Part shown: positions 41,978-50,945 of the stretch, one piece after another | How the letters are laid out: every line of letters begins with the position of its first letter | Position numbering within the stretch: the first letter of the stretch is position 1 | IMG/VR virus record: IMGVR_UViG_3300007539_010416 | Length of the DNA: 64,000 bases | Direction: 5' to 3' (one strand) | Source of the DNA: an uncultured virus (IMG/VR IMGVR_UViG_3300007539_010416) | Taxonomy: Duplodnaviria; Heunggongvirae; Uroviricota; Caudoviricetes | Made by a program: the position numbers and the translations under genes | Notes under the pieces: model-generated | Told to the model about the DNA's origin: nothing | Databases searched by the model: none | What the model saw: only the letters and a program-made list of their open reading frames with translations

Positions 41978-42730
41978 TTACAAAGAAAAGTATTCTTTCT
42001 TATTAAAACTTTCCATTTCTAGTATTTTTTTCATATGAGTATCAGGAAAAATCAATTCTTTATTTTGTAAGTACAAGTTTTTAATAAATTCCCACTGATT
42101 TTTCTGAATGTGTCTTTTGGAATTTAATGCATTTTCTTCGATTTGACTTATTGACAAGTTTTTTTCATAATTTTCTTTTAAGTTTTCTATTCCTTCGCGG
42201 TATTCTTCAATCCAGCCATCTAGTAAAAAGCTAAAACCATATAAAGACATTTTTTTAGGTTTCATTGAAAACATGTGAAATATGGCTACGATTCCAGTAT
42301 TTGGTTTACACTTAATTTGACTAGATAGAAAATTGTAAAAATTATAATCCACCATTTGTAAGCTTAATAAATCATTAAGTTTTTCTACATTTTGAAGATT
42401 TACTAAATTTGAAAGCTGATTTCCGTTTGCCAAACCACTCATGCTTGAATTAGGTAAACAAAAAACATTTTCAACACCTGCTTTTTTCCATTTTTCAGGA
42501 TTAATAAATCCAAATTTTGGGCCACTAGATCCAGCGGGATCTTCTAAAAGGTGATGATATAAAACATTAGCTTTCTTTCCTACAATTTCTTGCATAGCAG
42601 GATTAATAATATCAATCCCTTTGTTGATTCTTACTACAATATCATGTGAATCTATTTCATTTCCAAATTTAAAATTTTTTAAATATTTTGCTGATCCTAC
42701 TAGGGCAACAGTTTTATTTTTAATGTCCAT
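41978..42730 (-). CDS. GT29 sialyltransferase-like glycosyltransferase
   Basis: Sialylmotif L-like VALVGSAKYL...GNEIDSHDIVVRIN; motif S-like PNTG...LYGF; late His. Confidence 0.75.
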   Translation of the reverse strand: MDIKNKTVALVGSAKYLKNFKFGNEIDSHDIVVRINKGIDIINPAMQEIVGKKANVLYHHLLEDPAGSSGPKFGFINPEKWKKAGVENVFCLPNSSMSGLANGNQLSNLVNLQNVEKLNDLLSLQMVDYNFYNFLSSQIKCKPNTGIVAIFHMFSMKPKKMSLYGFSFLLDGWIEEYREGIENLKENYEKNLSISQIEENALNSKRHIQKNQWEFIKNLYLQNKELIFPDTHMKKILEMESFNKKEYFSL

Positions 42731-42744
42731 GTTTATTCCTGATA

Positions 42745-43512
42745 TTAATACCATACAGCTTGAGATATTAAAATTTTTTCATATTCTTCAATATCAGCTA
42801 AGTTATACTTAAACTTTCCATGATGAACTTCACTATCATAATGCAAGTGATAAATTCTAGGAGACATATGTTGTTCTCCAAATTCATGCTTAAATCTATC
42901 TTGTTTTTCTCTATTTGCTTTGCTTCTAATATTGTATTCAAAAGGAAAATGATGAATTCTAACGTCACTATTCCAGAGTGCTATTCTTAGACTCACTTGA
43001 TCCCATCCATTAGTTTCCCTAAAGTATTTGTAAAAATACTCTCTCCACATATTGAGAAAATTACTTGTTGATGCTGAATCGTTAAAAGCCATAATACCAC
43101 CATTGACTTCAGAAAATGAATAAGGTATCGCAGCGTATTCCGGAACTATATTAGAATATTTTGTTCTCTTTCTTGCATAGTCATTTGTAACAGCTACATC
43201 AAATCTTTCTAAAACTTCAAACATATCTGTTATGTTTCTAACAACTATTGTGTCTGAATCCATGTACACAGTATGTCTAAAAGGCGTCTGGGATATGAAA
43301 TCTACTTTTGCTCTAATGTGCCTGGGTTCTATTTTTGCATATACATCTACTAAACCATCAAAATCAGAAGTTCTTTCTCTATCAGTGTAAAGAGCTACGG
43401 GCTCATTATTAAATTTCTTAAGTGTTTTTATAGACATTAAGGCTTCTTTTGTGAAAGATTCTCCGAAGGCTATGTAAAGAAAACCTCTATCAGCTAACTT
43501 TTGAACAGACAT
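42745..43512 (-). CDS. GT-A nucleotide-diphospho-sugar transferase (GT8/GT77-like)
   Basis: YMDSDT (DxD), NGGIM, WDQVSLR, EYNIR. Confidence 0.75.
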   Translation of the reverse strand: MSVQKLADRGFLYIAFGESFTKEALMSIKTLKKFNNEPVALYTDRERTSDFDGLVDVYAKIEPRHIRAKVDFISQTPFRHTVYMDSDTIVVRNITDMFEVLERFDVAVTNDYARKRTKYSNIVPEYAAIPYSFSEVNGGIMAFNDSASTSNFLNMWREYFYKYFRETNGWDQVSLRIALWNSDVRIHHFPFEYNIRSKANREKQDRFKHEFGEQHMSPRIYHLHYDSEVHHGKFKYNLADIEEYEKILISQAVWY

Positions 43513-44514
43513 TTATTCCTCTCTTAATTTTTGTATTTTTTGTAATAATTTATTTGCGTGTATATGCGGATTGTAATGTTTTTCAAACATCTTTTTGTTA
43601 CTTTCTGCAATTTCATTTCTTAAATTGTGATCAGAAATCTTTTTAAATTCTCTGATGTAGCTTAGGTGATCGTGTGCACATATAGTATAATCAGTTTTAG
43701 ACATAAGTTCAAAACTACTTGGACTTATATCATGTATAACAGGAATTCCTAATTGATAAAAAACATAAGCTCTTCCAGCATTTGTCTTATTTTTCATTCT
43801 TAGAAAATAGTCTGTATCATAAAGACCAAAATCAACAGAAGTTATTTTTTGTATATCTTTTGAAAATAGACGAATATCAATTACGTTAGGAACTAATCCT
43901 ATGTCGCAAGATTGAACTATGTCTACAAAATTTTCATCGTAACTAAACATTTTTATATCTACATTAGGTCTTCCAGCTTTCCATTTAAATTCTTTATTTC
44001 CTGTGATTACTTTTATTTTTACTTTTTTAATATTTTTGTCAAAGAATTCTATTGCTTCTTTTAAAAAAGGTTCAAATTTAAACAAGTGAGGATAATGACC
44101 GTGAAAACAAAAATCTAAGGTGTCTTTCTCTTCATGTTTTTTAATTTTAATCGATTCAAACTTTCTTTCTATTAAAGGGTAGATAAAAACATTATCATAG
44201 TAGCTCATAGATATGTATTCTTCAGGAGAACCTACAATTACAAAATCAATTGAGTTGTTGAAGAAGTTACAAGGAATATTTATAGCTCCAATTGTAGCTT
44301 CTGGTAAATGTTTTTTAATTTCATCTGCAGACTCAAAAGCTGATTTGCATAGTATTATGACATCTACATCTTTTTCTAATATTAATTCTTTTACACTTGT
44401 AAATATTTTTGAATCACATTTAATTTCATTTAAAGTTCTAGAAAGATCTCTTACCCAAATTCTATAAGATCCAGAATTTTCATTAGGACTGAATGTTAAA
44501 AAATTAATTTTCAT
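43513..44514 (-). CDS. Divergent GT-B glycosyltransferase-like protein
   Basis: GSYRIWV, CDIGLVP, K.NAGR...LGIPVI; located in the glycan island. Confidence 0.55.
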   Translation of the reverse strand: MKINFLTFSPNENSGSYRIWVRDLSRTLNEIKCDSKIFTSVKELILEKDVDVIILCKSAFESADEIKKHLPEATIGAINIPCNFFNNSIDFVIVGSPEEYISMSYYDNVFIYPLIERKFESIKIKKHEEKDTLDFCFHGHYPHLFKFEPFLKEAIEFFDKNIKKVKIKVITGNKEFKWKAGRPNVDIKMFSYDENFVDIVQSCDIGLVPNVIDIRLFSKDIQKITSVDFGLYDTDYFLRMKNKTNAGRAYVFYQLGIPVIHDISPSSFELMSKTDYTICAHDHLSYIREFKKISDHNLRNEIAESNKKMFEKHYNPHIHANKLLQKIQKLREE

Positions 44515-45772
44515 TTACTTCAAATCTAACCTTTGTTAAAACTTGGTGACTTGGCTGGCCACTTGCAGTCAATCCCACATCCCATATTTTAAATCCGTTT
44601 GAAGAATTTATAAGCGTAGCTATATCTTTAAAACAGCCAAATCTTACATCAAAATCATCAAATACCCAAATAGGCGCTTTGTCTTTAGTCTGTTTGTTGA
44701 TTAAATTAACAACATCTGTTATGACTGTATTTTCATCGTGAAGCCCATCAATATAGAACATTTCAATATCTTGTATACTGCTGTCTTCACCTAATTCTTT
44801 ACTAGTTGCTTGATAATAGATACATTCATTTTCGTATTCTGCAATGTGTGTATTACTTCTAACATCTCTCGGGTCACAGCTATAAACTTTCCCTTTTATT
44901 TCTTTTGCATATTCTCCAAAACTAAAGAATTGCCAGCCCTCAGCTGTTCCTACTTCAAGAATGTTTTTTACATCATGCATTTCAGCAATTCTAGTAAGAT
45001 AATAGGCTCTTTTTTTAAGACCTTCCAATATGACTAGTCTTTTTTCTTGATCAAGTATGTTAGCAGTATCTAGCTTTTTAGTTTGTATAGGAAGATTAAT
45101 GTCATTCCACAATCTTTCATATGCTTCTGGTAAATCTATTGAGCTTAAATTACCGTATTTTTCAAAAAGATTAGAAAGAATAGCGTCTTTTCTAAACAAA
45201 AGTTCTACGTTCATTCCTGCAAAATTAGGTATACCGTTATCATTAATTTGTCTAACTGATAAACAGTAACTTCTATCAAAAAGAGTGACAATGTCAAAAA
45301 GTGGATTATTTATTTCAAAAACTGTATATTCATCTTGATTTAGTCCTAACTGTATCTGTAAATAAAAAAGACCATCATTCTTTAAAACTCTTTCAATTTC
45401 TGAAATCATCTTTTTAGGATCTATTGAATGATCCATAATGTTTGTATAGACAAAATCAAAAGATTCATCTTCAAAATCTAAGTTGTGAATGTCTCCCTTT
45501 AAAACATAGGGCTCGTGAGGAACTATGTCTATTCCTATTGCTTCTTCTACACCTATTTCTTTGAGCGCAACGACTTCTTGTCCTGTTCTAGCACCCAAAC
45601 AAAGACATTTTTTGTCAGGAGTTAGAAAGTTTTTCAGCTTACTAAATTCTTGTTTAAATCCGTTAATCTTTAATCCCCACTCTTCTCCTAACCATTTTTC
45701 TCTCCTAACAGGATCTAAGGTTTTTTCTTTTTGATGATTAATATAACTTTCATAATCTTTGTATTCTTTCAT
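44504..45772 (-). CDS. Double SAM-methyltransferase (Methyltransf_11-like plus Methyltransf_24-like)
   Basis: CLCLGARTGQEV...GDIH...SFDFVY; second domain ILEVGTAEG...FYIDGLH...FDDF. Confidence 0.75.
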   Translation of the reverse strand: MKEYKDYESYINHQKEKTLDPVRREKWLGEEWGLKINGFKQEFSKLKNFLTPDKKCLCLGARTGQEVVALKEIGVEEAIGIDIVPHEPYVLKGDIHNLDFEDESFDFVYTNIMDHSIDPKKMISEIERVLKNDGLFYLQIQLGLNQDEYTVFEINNPLFDIVTLFDRSYCLSVRQINDNGIPNFAGMNVELLFRKDAILSNLFEKYGNLSSIDLPEAYERLWNDINLPIQTKKLDTANILDQEKRLVILEGLKKRAYYLTRIAEMHDVKNILEVGTAEGWQFFSFGEYAKEIKGKVYSCDPRDVRSNTHIAEYENECIYYQATSKELGEDSSIQDIEMFYIDGLHDENTVITDVVNLINKQTKDKAPIWVFDDFDVRFGCFKDIATLINSSNGFKIWDVGLTASGQPSHQVLTKVRFEVNEN

Positions 45773-46704
45773 AATAGACTCCTAAAAATTTCTTTATATT
45801 TGTTTAAGCATTTTTCTGAATTTTCTTTAGCATTATTTTCGCCAGCAAAAGAAATTTTTCTATTTAAAGTTATTTCTGGCGGATTGTATAACTCAGTAGG
45901 CGAAAAATCCCAAGGTAATCCTTTCTCCAAGACTACATCAAATCCTTCACCGATTTCTTGTGTCCCTCCGGAGTTAGAACAAACTATTTTACAACTGTGG
46001 GCATATGCATCCACAACAACATTCGGGCAATGATCAAGATAGGCTAAGTGAACAAAGGTTGAAGAAGCATCATAAAGCTGTTTAAGCGTGTGATAGTCTA
46101 CATTGCCTAACATAATAATCTGTTTATCATCATAATGTTTTTCTGACATCAATTGCTGAATTTTGTTCTTTTCTTCTTCTGAATATCCGGATCCTGCAAC
46201 AATAAAAACTGCTTTTTCTGGCGCATTCTTAAGAAAATATCTTACGTTTTCTACCAATCTCTTGTGAGGTCGCCAAGAAGAAGCGCAAGACCATATTTCT
46301 CTATCACCTAATTGTCTTTTAAACGTTTGATCTTTTATTATTTCTCCAAAATAAGCGTTGTGGACGACATGACTATTTGGATGAGGACCAAACCAATGTT
46401 CAGTTAAGTTTTTATTAAATTCAGATTGAAATATTACAGCATCTGCATTCTCATAAGAAGCTTTTATTGGAGCATTTTGATTTTTATAATCTTGTTTAGA
46501 GTTAAAATAAATTCCATCTAGTCTTAAAACCATAGGTTTTTTCTTTTGGATAGTCTGTTGTATGAGACAAAACTCTATGTCTGCTTCTTCTTGACTAGTT
46601 ACATATATTTCTTTTTCTTCTAAAAGTTTTAAAAAAAGACTTCTGGTAAACTTATTAGGGCCACTATTGGAGTTTGGATTAAAATTATGAGTAAATACAT
46701 TCAT
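45769..46704 (-). CDS. Glycosyltransferase, GT4
   Basis: SGPNKF, RLDG, SSWRPHKR, DHCPNVVVDA, SGGTQE; ATGA coupling at 46704. Confidence 0.8.
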   Translation of the reverse strand: MNVFTHNFNPNSNSGPNKFTRSLFLKLLEEKEIYVTSQEEADIEFCLIQQTIQKKKPMVLRLDGIYFNSKQDYKNQNAPIKASYENADAVIFQSEFNKNLTEHWFGPHPNSHVVHNAYFGEIIKDQTFKRQLGDREIWSCASSWRPHKRLVENVRYFLKNAPEKAVFIVAGSGYSEEEKNKIQQLMSEKHYDDKQIIMLGNVDYHTLKQLYDASSTFVHLAYLDHCPNVVVDAYAHSCKIVCSNSGGTQEIGEGFDVVLEKGLPWDFSPTELYNPPEITLNRKISFAGENNAKENSEKCLNKYKEIFRSLL

Positions 46705-47432
46705 TCTAAAAACCCTCGCTCTCTCAGCCATATTGCCATATCTCTTTGATTATAAGATCTTTCATTATGAAACAAGTTAGGCTTTCTCAAGTCAATATTA
46801 TAATGATAGCACACAACAGGAAGAAAAGCTAAAGGATCTTGATTTTCTAAGCACATGTGAAGCAAAGGTAAGAATACAGCTTGATCACAAGCTATTTCTA
46901 TCCAATTGCCATCTTTGTCAAAAAAATTTTGCTTAGGAACTCTTTTGAGTTTTTCTGCTCTAAATGTTTTAAGATGACTTGTGACCCAAGGATGCTTATA
47001 AACATCTTGATAAGGATCAAGAGGCCCTGATATGTTTTCATCTGTGTATGCCCATCTATGCTTAGTCCAAACAGCGGCAGTGTTATGCCTTGTGTATATT
47101 TCATCAAGCAAAAAAAGAGTATCATTTTCTGTTAACCAGTCTCCGCCGTCTAATCTACAAACAACTTCATCGTCTTCAATATTTTCTATTTCTGCAATTG
47201 TATTTTTAGTTTCACCAAACTTTTCTTCTCTTCTGACTATTTTTATCCTTTCTCCTAGATCTAGTCTATTTGAAATATCAGATATTTTTTGACTAGTATC
47301 GTCATCAGAAACATCATCAATAAAAATTGCTCTCCAATTATCATATGATTGCGACAACATAGAAAAAAGAGTCTTCTTAATGTCTTCTTGACAATTAAAA
47401 GCAGGCGTTAAAAATACAAACTTAGTGCTCAA
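46701..47432 (-). CDS. Glycosyltransferase, GT2
   Basis: TPAFN, IDDVSDD, LDGGDWL. Confidence 0.85.
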   Translation of the reverse strand: MSTKFVFLTPAFNCQEDIKKTLFSMLSQSYDNWRAIFIDDVSDDDTSQKISDISNRLDLGERIKIVRREEKFGETKNTIAEIENIEDDEVVCRLDGGDWLTENDTLFLLDEIYTRHNTAAVWTKHRWAYTDENISGPLDPYQDVYKHPWVTSHLKTFRAEKLKRVPKQNFFDKDGNWIEIACDQAVFLPLLHMCLENQDPLAFLPVVCYHYNIDLRKPNLFHNERSYNQRDMAIWLRERGFLE

Positions 47433-47434
47433 TT

Positions 47435-47767
47435 TTACCTCTTATAGTCATCTTCAATTCTAACAATGTCATCTAATTCTGGAGTGCTTACTTCGCAAAG
47501 CATGACCGGTCTTTCACCGGCTCCAAATCTGTGAATATCTCCTGGCTTGACATGATGTATCGATCCAGGTCCTAAGAACTGAAATGATTCAGAAGCATCA
47601 AGTTGTAATTTTAGTTCTCCTGCCATTACATAAATTGTCTCTTCTTTTTCTTTATGAAACTGTAGACTCATTCTAGAATTTGGATTGATGTGCAAAAACT
47701 TTGCAACGTATTTATCAGTTTTTGCCCATATGACTTCATATCCCCAAGGCTTTTCTATTTTTTCCAT
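47435..47767 (-). CDS. Cupin, mannose-6-phosphate isomerase type II C-terminal-like
   Basis: EKPWG, SLQFH..KEET, HRF, EVSTPELDDIVRIEDDY. Confidence 0.85.
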   Translation of the reverse strand: MEKIEKPWGYEVIWAKTDKYVAKFLHINPNSRMSLQFHKEKEETIYVMAGELKLQLDASESFQFLGPGSIHHVKPGDIHRFGAGERPVMLCEVSTPELDDIVRIEDDYKR

Positions 47768-47771
47768 TTTT

Positions 47772-48092
47772 TCACTTATTAAGTTTAATTTCTTTAGTTT
47801 TGTTCAACATGTCAAGCACAGTTAAAATATCTTCTCTCTGCTTTTCTAATTCTTTGGCAACAAGAAGTATTAGACGTGATTCTTCTTCAATATTGATTAG
47901 CGAGCTAATGTTCGCCTTGAAAGGGTCACTATTTAGTTGAACTGATAGTACTTTTGATCTATCAGCGATTCTTTCTAAACGCTGACGTAAGTCTGTTACT
48001 TTTGTATTGAAAGACCTTTGAGACTCAATAAAAGAGTTTGAAAGCGCTTGAAAAGGGCTCTGTTCAATTAGATCGTCATCATTCATTTTCAT
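47772..48092 (-). CDS. Small coiled-coil hypothetical protein
   Basis: ORF fills the gap between neighbours; start uncertain. Confidence 0.45.
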   Translation of the reverse strand: MKMNDDDLIEQSPFQALSNSFIESQRSFNTKVTDLRQRLERIADRSKVLSVQLNSDPFKANISSLINIEEESRLILLVAKELEKQREDILTVLDMLNKTKEIKLNK

Positions 48093-50001
48093 TCCTTTTT
48101 TCAAATTTTATATCAGGTTGTGATACATTTACACGCATACTAGGTGTAGGTGTGTTAAAATTAACTTTTTTGTGAAAAATCCAGCCACCCATCTCGCTTT
48201 CAAGTTTTTCAGCCATGGCAGAAATATCTTGATCTGACACATCATTCCACGGTTTGTCAAAAAACATATTCTTTTCTGCCGTATCTTCTTGGTCTTCTCC
48301 GTACATACTTTGCCAAAATCTTGTCCAATAATTTTTATAATTGGAAATCTTTTGCTCAAGATTATACCAACTATAGTGATGAACACCTGGAAGCTGGTCT
48401 ATGACAGAATTAAACCACTTCTCGTATTGTTCAAGTGCATTTTGATTTCCTTGCAGTGCAGCAATTCTAGCATTATGAACATCTTGTGTGTAAAAAGAAG
48501 AAAATGGTATTCTAGCGCCCGTATCTTTGTCAATGTAATCACAAGAATCTGTTCCTGGAGCGGCATACATTTCACCATTATCATCGTATTGCCTGAGTTC
48601 TTGTGGTACACCATGCGTAATATGATCATGATTTCTGCTTAGACGCCATTTCCATGGGTTTACATCTACACGCACCTTTCCTTTGTCTCCCCAATACTCA
48701 ATAACGGGAAGCGCAACTAAATGCATAGCTTTGGGAAGGTTTGCAGCAAATCCTTTAATTTTAACTGCATCATCTTGATGAACGACTTCATCGATATCTT
48801 GCTGCCAACACCATTCTCCTGAGCATAAGTTTCTAGCGTATGCCTTCATCTCTCCGTCAACTTTTACAGCAAATCTTTTATCAGAAGTATCTACTACTTT
48901 TTGATGCAATTTAATACGACTATCTCTATTAGCCCATTCTGTCAACATTTCAAAAGATCCATCATCAGATCCACAATCAACTACTACTACTTCATCGCAG
49001 AACTGTAATAGTGACCCTATGGACTTTCTCCATGGGTATCCTTGAGACTCAACATTTCGGACTGTAGTATAACCACTTACTATTGGCATCTTTTCAATAA
49101 AGTTACTTATTCTCAACCAGAAACGGTTATGTGCATCTAAAAGATAAGCTTCAATCTTGTCTAGTTCTTGGCTGAACCATTCTTCTGAAGCGTGTTGAAC
49201 ATTTTCGTTGATGTCCAGTTCTAATCCTAAAAGCTTAGCTTCAATAACTAGTCTGGGACATGTATCGCCTCCAAGAGGTCTAAAACACAACCCCTTGTAC
49301 TCTGAGAGCTTTCTAAGCAGGTCATGGTATGATAGTCCACCTATCATATCAAAATCAATCTGGGATTCACCCAGATACCTCTGTGTTTCTTCTACGCCCT
49401 TGATCCAAGAGTTGCTTTCTAAAACAGCAAACTTACCATTGTCGCTTTCTCTAGCATTTCTAATTCTTTCAATTAATTCTAGATCAGAAACGTTAAATAT
49501 CGAGCTTAGAACAGAAGACTTTTCTCCGCCTAAGAATGGAAATCTATCTGATTGTAATTGCCTTTGTGCTTTAGACATGTAGAAGATGTGTTCTGCGCCT
49601 GCAAAGAAAGAAGACATAAACATTCCGAATTGTGTCTGATGACAGTCACATTCTTTTCCTTCTTCTGCTTTATGCTTTTCAATTGATCTGTATTTGCAGA
49701 ACTTGTAATCATATTCTACAATGAAATAATTGCAATTGGCAACCACAGCAGGAACTAGATTGAGGTTCATGCTTCCATAATTAAAAAATACCCAAATCTT
49801 TTGAGTCCCAGCTGAAATATGTTCTTGCGTGAGATCTCTGCTCCTAAGAAAGAAAACATCACCTAGCGGTGAAGTCTTCATTAACGCATCTGTTGACAAC
49901 TCAGCACCGCCGGCGTATTCGTCTACATGCATGTCGGAGACAAAAACTATTGGACAGTTATTGAAATCTTTTGTTGAATTTTGACTAAACGGGCTCTTCA
50001 T
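48079..50001 (-). CDS. Fused glycosyltransferase: degenerate GT-B N-terminus plus GT2 C-terminus
   Basis: GGAELS and DTCPRLVIEAKLLG (GT-B-like); EVVVVDCGSDDGS and QQDIDE (GT2). Confidence 0.75.
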   Translation of the reverse strand: MKSPFSQNSTKDFNNCPIVFVSDMHVDEYAGGAELSTDALMKTSPLGDVFFLRSRDLTQEHISAGTQKIWVFFNYGSMNLNLVPAVVANCNYFIVEYDYKFCKYRSIEKHKAEEGKECDCHQTQFGMFMSSFFAGAEHIFYMSKAQRQLQSDRFPFLGGEKSSVLSSIFNVSDLELIERIRNARESDNGKFAVLESNSWIKGVEETQRYLGESQIDFDMIGGLSYHDLLRKLSEYKGLCFRPLGGDTCPRLVIEAKLLGLELDINENVQHASEEWFSQELDKIEAYLLDAHNRFWLRISNFIEKMPIVSGYTTVRNVESQGYPWRKSIGSLLQFCDEVVVVDCGSDDGSFEMLTEWANRDSRIKLHQKVVDTSDKRFAVKVDGEMKAYARNLCSGEWCWQQDIDEVVHQDDAVKIKGFAANLPKAMHLVALPVIEYWGDKGKVRVDVNPWKWRLSRNHDHITHGVPQELRQYDDNGEMYAAPGTDSCDYIDKDTGARIPFSSFYTQDVHNARIAALQGNQNALEQYEKWFNSVIDQLPGVHHYSWYNLEQKISNYKNYWTRFWQSMYGEDQEDTAEKNMFFDKPWNDVSDQDISAMAEKLESEMGGWIFHKKVNFNTPTPSMRVNVSQPDIKFEKRNENE

Positions 50002-50043
50002 ATACTTTCCTTTATGAAAAGTATACTTTAGTGATAAAAAATG

Positions 50044-50934
50044 TTAACCTGTTTGTTCATTATACTCAAGAGTCAATGTATAAGTAATATCAAATTGAGG
50101 TCCGCCTCCGTTAGATCCTGGAGCGTTAGCCGGGTCGATTGCTACTAGAACTAGCCTATCTGCATCAAAAGTTCTATTCACGTCATTACTAAAGTCTAAT
50201 TTTTGTACTACCCCCGGGTTAGTTCCAACTCCTGAAAAAGTTTTATTAGCAATTCCAGTTGCTTTGAATTGAGGGGGAGCAGCTACTAAAGTTGTAGTAA
50301 ATTGTATTCTGTTTACGTTTGCGATAGACCCTGTAGAAATATAAACTCTTGCGTCTACTTGGCCAGGTATATCATTTACACCTAAGACACCAGATCCTGA
50401 GAATGCTAAACGAAGATGCTTAACTTGTCCATTATGAGGCGTTGCAAAAACGTGCTTCATCAGCCCTGTTTTCCCTTGAGATGCATCTGCTACATCTCCG
50501 GGAGATCCTAAAGGTAGCAGCCTAGAATGACCTTCAGCTTCATTTTTATATATCAAAGATCCGTGAATATAAGCTAAACGTCCTACGGTTCCTGCTCCTG
50601 CTCTTGAAGTTCCAGCAACAGTAAATGCATTTGTATTTCCATCAAAAGTTAAATTAGTTTCTCCGGTAATATTCCCATCGCCTAGTGCAGTGACAATTCT
50701 ATTATTACCATCATTACCTAAAGAAACTCCACCGCCGCCGGCGGATGCAATCGTAATAGATCCATTTGAACCGGTTGTGATTGTTATATTTGAACCTTCT
50801 ATTAGGTAAGAAGTTCCGTCGTGAAGTTGTGTTAGTGAGCCTGACAGTCTTTCTGCCTTATACTCAGTTGCATTTTCTAACGACGCTGTTGTTGCTGTTA
50901 ATCTATTGCTATTAGAATCAAAGACATAACCCAT
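50044..50934 (-). CDS. Tail fibre/receptor-binding-like protein
   Basis: Gly/Thr/Asn-rich; GSNITITTGSNGSITIAS; NNRIVTA..G...GETNLTFDG fibre-type motif. Confidence 0.55.
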   Translation of the reverse strand: MGYVFDSNSNRLTATTASLENATEYKAERLSGSLTQLHDGTSYLIEGSNITITTGSNGSITIASAGGGGVSLGNDGNNRIVTALGDGNITGETNLTFDGNTNAFTVAGTSRAGAGTVGRLAYIHGSLIYKNEAEGHSRLLPLGSPGDVADASQGKTGLMKHVFATPHNGQVKHLRLAFSGSGVLGVNDIPGQVDARVYISTGSIANVNRIQFTTTLVAAPPQFKATGIANKTFSGVGTNPGVVQKLDFSNDVNRTFDADRLVLVAIDPANAPGSNGGGPQFDITYTLTLEYNEQTG

Positions 50935-50945
50935 ATTTAATCTCC

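Noticed and set aside
31562..50001. Host O-antigen or capsule locus (prophage boundary or chimera)
   Set aside because: No wzx/wzy/wzm/wzt or priming transferase; genes overlap or abut phage genes on both sides
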